From Antedon mediterranea (Eukaryota > Animalia > Echinodermata), in assembly GCF_964355755.1 (NCBI RefSeq), contig NC_092676.1, forward strand, positions 14,340,871-14,404,870: a DNA stretch of 64,000 bases. Reading direction: 5' to 3'. The notes under the pieces are model-generated. The model ran no database searches and was not told where the DNA came from. It saw nothing but the letters and a program-made list of their open reading frames with translations. The position numbers and the translations under genes are program-made. Shown here piece after piece: positions 1 to 11,200 of the stretch (position 1 is the first letter of the stretch; each line of letters opens with the position of its first letter).

Positions 1-77
1 TTCGATATTCGTTACCAACACCCTAATAAAATAGCCAGATGTGAAATGTAGTGTTTCTAAACATTTGAATATCTTAC

Positions 78-2382
78 CTTTAGCTATATGCCAAATGTCA
101 AACTTGTGGGTTGTTCCGTCCATATTCTCACACGGACCCACTTCTTGATCTGGGAGTGGCGGTCTGTCACCAACACATTAATTTTGACGTTTTCCTTCTT
201 TAAACTCTCAACACCCCTTCCTTTTCCATGGCGCTACTTGACGATACTTCATTTGACTAAAGGGCAACATATATTTTTAATCACTACATGAAGATTTGGT
301 TTAGCATTTATTAGCACTTTTTATAGTGAAATAATACCTACTTGAACAAGCTGTACGTCTAAAATTTTTCCACCACTTAGATCCATCAGAGTATAGCAGC
401 CATACTTTGCAGAATGACCAGGAGAGTCGCACCTTCCATCACCTCCAACCACTAGTTTGGTTGGAGGCAGTACATTGCATATGATTTAGCATCCGAAGTG
501 CTTTTGATGGACTGGACCCTAAAAAAAAGAATTGCTGCCTACAACTGTAAATTCCCAGCTGGTGCATTCTGTATCTTCGGCTGGGACTCCCAATGTCGTG
601 TGTAGTTGCATGAAAGACATTGTTGCTTGATGCGGCACAAAGTTCCTTGGACAAAACTTGTTGAACTTTCAGTTTCAGCACTGCACATTGGACAAATTTG
701 AAAAGCAGCCAACAATCTGTCTTCGTAAACAATAAACTTTCGGCCTCTAAAAGCATCTCCTGCTACATACTCCCTGAAAAATTGTATACAAATAAAAATG
801 TTTAGGCTAATACTTCAAGTATTTGTTGGTAAATTTCATTGTATTTAAACCATCACATGTTACACAAGTTGTAAGAGTTCATTGAAAACTCACATTTTCT
901 CATCTTCATTTGCATCCATCCCTATGTCTTCCCATGGGTCATAGTCTGGGTCGTTACAGTCATCATCATCATCGTTATCTTCTTCATCATCCTCCTCTTC
1001 TTCATCCTCCTCCTCCTCCTCCTCTCTTCTTCCTCCTCCTCCTCCTCCTCCTCCTCCTCCTCCTCCTCCTCTTCTTCATCTTTTTCACTGTCTTCTCCAT
1101 CCACTTCTTCACGGTCTTATACAATGTTTGGTGTTCTAGAGGTAATTTTATAATCATTGGTGCTTTGGTCATCCTCTGGAAATATCTGTACTCCTAAAAA
1201 ACATTAAAAAAAATAATCATTTAGTTTCATGAATTGTAAAATATCTAAAGAGATTTTCCAAGGTGTGATATATAGGCCTATAGTTCAATATTATTATTAG
1301 ACTCCTCCAAGATGACATACAGATCTTTAAAAAAAAAATGTATTGTAACATGTACTGAATACTGGAATGAAATTTCTTTCCAGGAGAATAAAAAATAAAA
1401 TTACCTTTATCAAACATACGTGTCTTGAATTGAATACTTAAATTAGACGTCTTTACTTTAGGCTGCTTATGTTGCAACAATCGCAATGAACAACAATTGG
1501 GTCCGTCTGGAAAGGAAGGACATTGTTGAGATAATAAAATTACATTTAAAATAAAGTAAATACATTTCTATATTTGGTTGCTCATTGCATAATTTATTTA
1601 TATTTATCAAGTGTTAATTTGTTCCCAATTTACTTAAACATTAAATGTTAATTGTAATCTTACCTGTACTTCTGCAACAGCTGTGTTATTTTCATCATTT
1701 GTAGTTTCAACTGATGATATCATGTCATCAAAGTCCATGTTGTCATTCTGTAGTAGTAGAGGAATTTCTTGCAACACCTATCCATAAATAAATAAACAGT
1801 AATTTATTATCCAATAATTATTAACGGACTACAGACTCAAAAGTTTATCTAAATTTGAATAGACTACCAAAAATGTACAGGCTAGTTAGGTAAGTCTAGG
1901 CTAATAGTAATACGAATCGTGTAGGTAGTGTAGGCTAGAAAGTAGTAGGCCTAGAGTAGGTAGGGTGTAGTAGGCCTAGCTAGTAGTTAGTATCCTAGCT
2001 AGGCCTATTTTATTTACTTACTCTTGCTCTCTCACGTTTTTCGTAGGCATTAGATCGTCTTTTCTTTTCTTTTGTTATTTGCAACCAGTTGCCCTGGAGG
2101 ATCGGGCCGTTTAAAAACAGTTGGTATTGCTCCCTTTACCAGCCGCATATAATTGTTGCCACTCATTCCAATTGAACTTGCAAGTAAACTCCTTGCCTCG
2201 TAGTCCGTCTCCAGAAAATGATCGCTACATAGGACCAAATATGCCGAAGCTTGGAAATTGCTCCGTGTTCTCGAAACGGCATTAGTCCACTTCTTCCTCA
2301 AAATTTCATCTTTTGGGAACTTATGGAAGTTCACATTGTGTGTATGGTTGTTGTCACAACCAGCAGCTACACAACGAGGCAT
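78..2382 (-). pseudogene. Spliced THAP-domain DDE transposase, Kolobok-type, disabled; continues off the left edge
   Basis: Manual splicing gives exons 2382-2022, 1777-1664, 1506-1405, 1193-894, 773-342 and 256-78, all GT-AG. N-terminal THAP (MPRCVAAGC..FHKFP..W..LCSDHF..AIPTVF), acidic tract, Cys-rich region, then GGDGRCDSPGHSAKYGCYTLMD, SNEV..MEKEG, LVTDRH and FDIWH motifs, which I recognise from Kolobok-type transposases. Frameshifts near 2060 and in the exons at 1506 and 773, in-frame TAA near 1117. Confidence 0.8.
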
Positions 2383-2423
2383 TTTAAAATGCTAAAATCT
2401 CTGTTTGAAAACGTGTACTTTAA

Positions 2424-3049
2424 AGCCCCATTCCCTACGTTTTTTAGATCTAATTTAAGATCACAAACTATATTTAATGTAAAAATAATACTATATGGTC
2501 CTATTGCGATAACTTTTTTCGTCTTTAAACGGTTAAAAATGTGAAAAATAAGTCGATTTTAATAATTATAGCGGCCCGCTATAAATCCCAAAATGCATTG
2601 CGCGTGGATTGATATTTTTGTTTTTCACCTGTAATTCGCCCACTTTTCGATCGATCGTGAGGCCAAAACAAATGGAAGACTCCTAACTTTTCAGCGAAAA
2701 TACCGGGTTTTCCCCAATTTGTATCAACGGAGTCTGGCAAAAATAGAAAGACAATTAATGCAGCAACTATACAACGTCAGGCTAGGTATATAGCTAGCGT
2801 ACGATGTTCGCACGTTACCGATGTTTACCAGCTAGGCCTACAAAACTAAGCCTAGCCAGGCTAGGCCTAAGACCGTCCACGAGAGGTCGATCGCCGCGAG
2901 CTACTTAGGTAGTGCATTGTTTCTCACTTTTTATCATAATTTACCATAAAACGTACATTTAAGACAAGGAATGACATGGTTTAATGTTTTTAAAGTGATA
3001 TATATGTATTATTTTCCAAAAAACGTCCAAAATTGCAGGGAAGGGGTCT
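2424..3049. mobile_element. Non-autonomous Kolobok-type MITE family A, copy 1
   Basis: TTAA on both sides; ends AGCCCCATTCCCT...AGGGAAGGGGTCT (imperfect TIR, AG..CT termini); near-identical copy at 53172-54638. Confidence 0.85.
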
Positions 3050-3559
3050 TTAAACTATCGATCAGTAAAATATGAATATGTACTATAAAACAACCGCGCC
3101 AACACTGTTACTGCTTATGCGTCACTTCCGCTAAAGGTCATGAAAAGGTCATTCGGTAGGTGGGGCGTGCGGCGAAGAAAACCTTCGAAATCGAATGCGA
3201 TAAAAACAAATAAATAGAAGATGAAGATGTGTTAATTTTGTATTAGTTAAATGATTTTTAATGAACTTAGTATTAGATTAGTATTGTCACCTTAATTATT
3301 CTTTAAGATCACAAACTATATTTAATGTAAAAATAATACTATATGGTCCTATTGCAATAACTTTTTTCGTCTTTAAATAGGTAGCCCAATGTAAAAATTT
3401 AAATTAATGATGGTACTTTTTCTTTCAGTTAATCAAAAGGAACTTACTAAACATAACCTTTTGCAATTTAAATGATTGAAATCGGATTATAAATTCAAAA
3501 GTTATGGTCCGTTAAAGTGCCCAAAAAACAATGATTTTTTCTTAAAAATAGATACAACA

Positions 3560-3716
3560 GCAGGCCTTTAAGGATTTTAGGGGCAAGGCCATTTGGCCTC
3601 TGGTTTTCGTTGGTTTGAGGGGCACAGAGGCCAAGTGGAAGGGCACCAAGGCCATTTGTTTTAAATCGAAGGGGCACCAAGGCCAAAATTAAAAAATATT
3701 TTAATAACAAGGCCAA
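3560..3716. repeat. Cluster of short GGGCAC(C)AAGGCC repeats, probable subterminal region of a decayed DNA transposon
   Basis: About 5 spaced copies of GGCACCAAGGCC-like motifs; no termini identified. Confidence 0.35.
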
Positions 3717-4192
3717 AATAAAAAAATTTAGCTTGGGTGGAATTTAAAAAAAAAAAAAATTCTACCAATAAAAATGTTTAAGGGGATTTCCCCTATTCAT
3801 CAGATAGCGTAGTTAGTAGTAGTAGTAGAAAAGGACTGTCTACATCTTTTTGTATTTCATATAAATATTAATTTCGTGTATTTACAATCTACAGTATATA
3901 AATAATAATTAACGTACGATGTTTAGCGTTTACAGTCCTGTGTTGAATGTTTCGTTTAGTTTCAAACAATGCAATCAAAAAAGGCATGTGAAGCCAACCA
4001 AAGCCCAACAGGTAAAGACTCTAACAACAGCAAGCTACTTAGCCTAACTTATACGTAATAGCTAGTAGTAGCGGACGGAGAAAACATAATACAAAAACAA
4101 TTGGTTTGTAGGCCTTAACTACAACTATTCATACACAGAGTTTTAACCACGGTAAAAATCAAGCCAATGACATGTTCTTCTCATCGTTCTAC

Positions 4193-4690
4193 TCATATCT
4201 GAGTACTCGTGACCATTCTGATGAGGTGTCTCCATTCTTGCCGATCTTGAGCTTCATTGTAGCAACTGATTATTGGTCGGTTTGCAGCACCACTTATACC
4301 ATCAATCCATCTGAGTCTCTGTCTTCCTCTTTTTCGTTTCCCCTCAACTTTCCCAAACATAATCATTTTCTCCATACTATCTCCATTAATGTGCCTTTCT
4401 TGCCTATTTCGTGCCTTACACTTTCATTAGTTCTTCTGGCAGTCCAAGAAATACCTAGAAGCTTTCTCCAGCACCACATCTAAAAAGCTTCAATTCGTTT
4501 TTGATCTGCAGCATTAATTACCCAAGTTTCACATGCGTACGTTGCAATTGGAAAAACTAGAGCTCCGATTAATCTAATTTTTGTTGCCTTGCTGATGCTT
4601 CTGTCTTTCCATATCTTGTGCATTAAACACATTGATGATTTTGCCATTGCCAGATGATGTTTGATCTGGCACCGATTTGGACCACTTACA
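4193..4690 (-). mobile_element. RTE-clade LINE 3' fragment
   Basis: ORF pieces KIRLIGALVFPIATYACETW and GKVEGKRKRGRQRLRWIDGI are typical of the RTE/BovB C-terminus; interrupted by stops. Confidence 0.8.
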
Positions 4691-4984
4691 AGTTGTCGCA
4701 CTCATTTCTGATTTTTTTTAAACCTGATTGAATATAATACACTGAACATTTTTTGGGTCATAAGATAGAAAATGAGTATATTATTGTTAGATAACTGTTG
4801 ATTTCATCATTTCAGGTAAATTTTTGATAATTGATTATTATTAATTCACATGCATGAATTCGTTCAAATTGTGAAATTGGCCAACGTCCATTATTAAAAC
4901 TTGATGTGGCCATATTGATATTCTAGGCATTTTGTCTTTTATTGCAGTGAGCAGATACGGATTGGAATAACTGTTTCTAACAAA

Positions 4985-5205
4985 ATGAGTACATCAACAA
5001 AGGGTAGCAAACCCGGAAAAAAACAAGGTGAACGTCCATTCTATGAGAAACAGACAGACAAAGAAACCAGCTCTGATATCATCAAACAAGCCAGAGTATC
5101 ACTGAGACCTGTAGATACAGAACGACCGTTTACACCACAAAATAATGATCGAAGACTCTTCCCAACATACGGCAGATCAAATGAACGTCCTCCCTCTGTG
5201 TTTAG
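4985..5205 (+). CDS. ARMC2: ARMC2 coding exon 1
   Basis: ATG at 4985, acceptor ttgcag ending 4948; MSTSTK...RPPSVF, donor AG|gtattt, phase 2. Confidence 0.88.
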
Positions 5206-8200
5206 GTATTTCTGCAGTATTATAACTTTTCATGGTTACAAAAAAACACTGTCTTACGGTACTGAATCACTGTAGAAAACTTATATAATTGGTGTTGATT
5301 GTTCAGCAAGGGTTTTTAGGATGCGAGCGTTTATTCGAGGGAGGCATATTTTTTTGGGTGTAATAATATATGGCAACATATATAATCAAATAAATGCCTT
5401 CTAGATATAAAAAAAATGCAACACAATTAATATTAATACAGTACAAAAATAGAAATGTTGAAATACAATATGGTGGGGGCTTTCTAAAGTTCTAAAAGGG
5501 AATTTATTCGAGTTGAGGAGAGGACTGGCTGTTTATTTGAATAAATACAGTATTCAATATTCTATTGGCTGTATTAATAACTTTTTCTAGATCAATTACG
5601 CTCATGCAATTAACTCACACAGCAAAACAAAAAGTAATCACCCTTATAACCATAGCTCCGAAAAACATTGTTAACCACACTGGGTTGGCTTAGCCAACAT
5701 GTCTTTGCTTGAATTTAAACGTTTATTTTGTCTTTTTATAAGTGAAAACGTTATCTCTCTTCTTTGTTTTTTATACATTATGATTAACTTTTAAACTACA
5801 AAATGGCCTATTCAAAATCTGATTTTATTAATCTTCATTTGTCATGATTTAGGGGACAATACACATTTGACTTGGCACGTAACATGTTAACATTGCTAAC
5901 CTTTTTTGAACAGTTTCCTAGTATTATTAGTACCCCAATTTAATTTCTTTGATAATCTATTGACATGAGAAACCCATTTTTTGTGTATTTGTGTGTGTAA
6001 TTATAGCTTGGATTCAGCTCATTTTCTTGGAAGTGATTCACAACCAAATTCTGAAAGTAGTAGTAGACTGCCATCTGGAAGTAGTCGTGCTCCCTCTGGA
6101 AGTAGTAGACTGCCATCTAGAAGTGGTCGACCGCCTTCAGGTGGTGCTAGGCTTCAACCTATCAACCATATTCCTGTAAGATAAGAATTGTATTTATTTT
6201 ATTAACTTCCATCCTATAAACAACTAATACTAGTACTAGTATTCCTTTACCACTGTCATGGAGATTTGATACATAAGACACTTTGGTGTGTCATTAATTT
6301 CATAGGTCTTGATTGTCACATTTATTCACCCAAAAGCAGGGTTGTCATTGAGAAATACAATACCGTAATATGTAGTGCCAATCATGCGGGGTACATAAGG
6401 TAATCATGAGTTTCTAGTAATTGGCAATAGGTAGGTAATAAATAAACTTATAATGTGTAAACAGGAATAAATTGCTAAACAACCCCAAACAATTGTTGTT
6501 GAGCAAATATACTACATAAATTTACTTTCTTTCAGGAAATATGTTCATCAAGTCAAGCTGAAATATTGCAGATTTCACCACCTAAATTACCCAAACCTCC
6601 TGGAGAACAACTTTTAACCACAAGGTCAAGATTGAAACTATTTAACAGAGATGGTTAGTACTTTACTTCTAATATACTGTACTAACTGTATTACTTTAAC
6701 AGCTATTTTAGACTCGCGCTTGCCATAATATCGACATGGGTTTGTGGTGCAATCCTGCATCATTACCAAAGATCGTGATTGTCAATAGCGAAAATGGGAC
6801 ATTAGCTGTTTTGATTTTTAAAGACCACATGTCAAAGAATTCACATATTGTAGATTTTTTGTACTTATATGCTAGATAATAATTACTAGAATAAGAATAA
6901 AGTAGTAACTCAATCGAATTCATATTTTAAAAATATTTTTTAATAACATTGTTCATAATTGGGACAAATTCCACTGTTAATTGAACCATGGGACTCATCT
7001 CTCAGACTATCCACCCAGAATTCAAATGATGAATACATATTTTGAAGTGTAAATTTCTTAACAGGACCTAGTACATATTTAAAATTAAAAAAAATTTTGT
7101 TTAGTTCCACTACTTCCACAACCACTGGAAAGAAGAAATTCAAACCCCACACCACCAACCAAGTCACCAGTTGATTCCCGTAGGGCGCATAGTGGACCAA
7201 AAGAACGAACCAAAAACTTTTATGAAGAGCGAGGTGAAGGTGAAGGAGCTGAACAGATAAGGGTTCTTTCTGCAGAGGCTTGTGTAAATCAAGAAAGAAG
7301 GTATGACTATCTGAGTACAAACATAACATAGGGGCCATGGGGATTTCAGGGAAAATCATTTAAAGATGTATTGTCCCTTTGTCCCAATTCCAAAAAAATA
7401 TTTTTAAAAAAATTTCGAAAAAAGTGGGTCATTTTGAAGTATCATAATAGTTATTAACTTTCACCAAAAATTAGTCGAAAAAAAAAATCATTTAATGAAA
7501 TACAGACGTTTTTTTGATCAAAAAATAACTTTGACTTCCAGTCAAAGTTTTTTCAATCAAAACATATCTCATAATGCAACGTGCTTGTTTGGCTACTCTG
7601 TATGCATACCTGTAATCATAAAATTTCCTCGCGATCTGTGTGAAAACACCTTCGCAACTGTGACGAGTTATAAACAATCCTAATTAGCATCATGCATAAT
7701 GCATACTCGTGGTTTGAAATCTTTGTTTACTTTTGCTCGCGACAATTTTTCAGACGAAATTTAATATATATATAAACTTTATTTAGACACGAGACTGATG
7801 TGCAGTACAACTCGTTCAATCAATATTGATTGTTTTTACACAAGTTCGTGATACTGTATTACAAAAAAAAAAAAAAATCAACACCATATAAATACGACAG
7901 AAACGAAAAAATTGAAATTGAAAAGAAACAAAATTACAGCAGAATCCCCTTCATCTGACACCTCTATTTAGGGTACACCATACCGGTACTTCCTGTGTAA
8001 ACGGAAACCCTTATCGAAGGGATTCTACTGTAATACATAATAAATCTTTTTGATTTCATTTACCTTAAAATAAATTAGTGATAAAACACACATTTTATAT
8101 AGTATTTAGCCATTTTAAAAGTTGGATGTACACCATCGTAGATTACCATACCATTATGTTTTACAATGCATTTTTCAGATACGTTTTAAACAACTTAACT

Positions 8201-11200
8201 GAATTTGGAAGGGTATCAACATTGAGACTATTCCATATAATTGCTCCACGATAAGACAGACTTTGTTTTTTAAAATCGGTTTTTGGCTTCGGGATGAATA
8301 GATGTGTATCACTGTGCCTTAGATTATAATTTATATCATTGTATGTAAATACATTATTTAGGTAAGGTGGGGCATTATCTGTCAAAACCTTATATATAAC
8401 CATACAACATTCATATCTATCTTGATAAAATAAAGGTGACCAATTAATTTGTCTTAGTGCCTCACTACTAGGTGTGTCCCATGTTAGACCACACACGATT
8501 CGAGCTGTTCTGTTTTGGATAGTTTGAACTCTTTTCATTAGAGTTTGACTACTATTTCTCCAAATTATGTTACAATAGCTCAAGTAAGGTATTACAATAG
8601 AGTTTGCAATATGTTTTAATATGTTTTGTGGAAAGTAATAGCTACATCGTCTGAGCATACCCAATCCATTTAGAGCTTTACCTCGAATGTATTCAATCTG
8701 ATTTTTGCATGATAAATGTTCGTCTATTATGATACCGAGATGTTTGCAATATCGAACGCGTGGTACAACATCGTTATCTATATTAACTGATCTATTTTTT
8801 TCTTTGGTGGTTGCCAATCGGTTTGTCGATCCGATCAACATGAACTCGGATTTAGAGACATTTAGACTCAATTTATTATTTTTTAGCCAATCGTCGATTT
8901 GTATAAGTTCTTCATTTATACTTTGGTATATTTCATTTTCATTTTTTGAAGAACAATAAATTATAGTATCGTCAGCATACATACTTATTTTACATTTGTT
9001 TGCAACTTTCGATAGGTCATTTATATATAAGAGGAAAGCAAGTGGGCCCACGATTGACCCCTGAGGCACTCCACATTGGATGTGTGTATAGTCAGACAAT
9101 GTATTATTTACATTTGTGAATTGCTTTCGCTCAGACAGATAGCTCTCGAACCATTTTAAAACATATTTACTTAAACCATAAAGTCTCAATTTGCTTAATA
9201 GTATGTTATGGTTTACCGTATCAAAGGCCTTTTTAAAATCTAGTAAACAGATTCCGACCAGCTTACCCTCGTCTATTGCACTATACCAGTCTTCCGTCAC
9301 TTTTGTAAGTGCAGTAGATGTTGAGTATGATGGTCGAAAACCTGATTGATTTATACATAACAGATTGTTATTATTCAAAAAAGCATAAAGTTGATTAAAA
9401 ACGACTCGTTATACTTTCTGTACCTTTTCCAGAGTGATTCATTTTTAGAATGTTTACATTCTCTTTTGAGTTTATCTCTTTCTCTCATATTTCCAATTAC
9501 ATCATCAGAGAGCCAAGGAGTTGTTTTTTTACGTACCCTGTGTTTTTTCCAAGGAGCATGTTAATCTAAAATGTTGGTTAGTGTAGTTTCGAGAAGTTTG
9601 GTACTCTGACTTACGTCGCCACTGGCGGTAATACCATTCCAATTTACCATTAATAAATCGTTTAAAAAACTGTCTTCATTAAATTTTTTAAAGTTTCGTT
9701 TCATTTTATAATTATGATCCTGTTTAATAATTTTATTTGTTTTATTGGAATCTTTATTATTTTTCGCCCCTTTCCCTATTATAGCGAATGGCATTGAGTG
9801 GTCACTTAAGCCGACGTGGATAACTCCAGACTTTAATATTTTAGAAACATTTGAGAAATACATAACATCTATTAATGTAGAGGAATGTTTTCCTATACGT
9901 GTTGGTTCTTCAATGATCTGTTTTAGATTAAAACTTTCACTTAATTCAATTAGTTTCTTTGTGTAGCAATGTGGATTGTCAGACATAACGTCACAGTTTA
10001 AATCTCTCATCATCATAATATCTTTGTGTTCCAGTTCAATCTTTTGAAATATATTTTGTAAATATTCAAAAAGAACTGCTGTAGTATTTGGAGGTCTATA
10101 CCACAATAGAACAATTAGATTTTTACATTTATCACGTACTATTTCAATAGATAGGAGTTCGAGTTCATTACACATTAGATCATTCCTAATTTTGTGGTTG
10201 GTTTTTAGGTTTATATAGAGTGCTACACCTCCACCTTTTTTAGTTTTACGTCTATCTAGTCTGTGTAATATATAATTGTCAACATGAAAATCTTCATCAA
10301 TAAATGTATTATCTAGAAATGTTTCGCTTAAACCAAAAACATTGAAATTGTTGTTATTTTAGAATACGTTGCAATTCATCAAAATGTAAGTCTAGGCTAC
10401 GTATATTTAAATGTGCAAATATAAAACCCTTTTGATTTAGTTTCTCAAATATATGAGGATCTTTTTTTACTATTTGGTTTATATCTGTTATTGTATTATT
10501 CCTATCATTTATTACATATGAGTGGTTATCATTAATTAATACATCGTCTATGGCCTGGGAACATTCAGTAGTATTGTTAGTCTCTTTTTCGGACTGTGAC
10601 TTTAATGTACTTCTTAGACTCTTTGGTCAATTTTTTCGTTCGTAATAATAATGATAGTCCACATTTCCAGCATGGTTCATACATATAGTTTGACTCTTTG
10701 GAGCCATAACTAGTGTTGGTAACTGTCATTTCTTGCTTGTTGATTATAATAACCATGTCTATTTCGTTTCCAGGGGCGTGTATTTTGATTTCTGTTTGTT
10801 TGACATTCTTGAGCATGTTGCCTGGATGATGATTTCTCTGTATATTGAAATTGGAGATCATCAATATTTTCAGAGAATAGTTTAGCTAGTCGTATTGATC
10901 CTGTTATGTTGAAATGTAAGCCATCAATGAATAGGGATTCATCAACTGAGCCACATTGGTACACACATTTTGATGAGATGTTTATGAAGCCAGTATCCAG
11001 CCGTGTACTGAGATCGCTAAGTGCTGTATTTACACTTTGAATATCATCCATATGATTTGGGCGTGGAGGAATTGCTGATATATAAAGCTTCGATGTTGGT
11101 GACTTCATCATGACCATCGTGATTATTTTTTCCATTGATTCTTGGATTTCTGTTACCACCTTACCATTTGAGACATCATTTGTCAATGTCTTTTAATCAA

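Noticed and set aside
910-1197. + strand poly-Pro/poly-Leu ORF
   Set aside because: Antisense shadow of the (GAG)n acidic exon of the transposase.
2050-2382. Stand-alone 110-aa THAP host gene
   Set aside because: The stop results from a frameshift in an AAAAG run; the shifted frame (RRSNAYEKRERAR) reaches a GTAAGT donor and downstream transposase exons. A truncated THAP-only product is not strictly excluded.
3920-4016. Possible non-coding first exon and RFX X-box for ARMC2
   Set aside because: A donor-like CAG|GTAAAG exists near 4010, but there is no convincing X-box and no transcript evidence.
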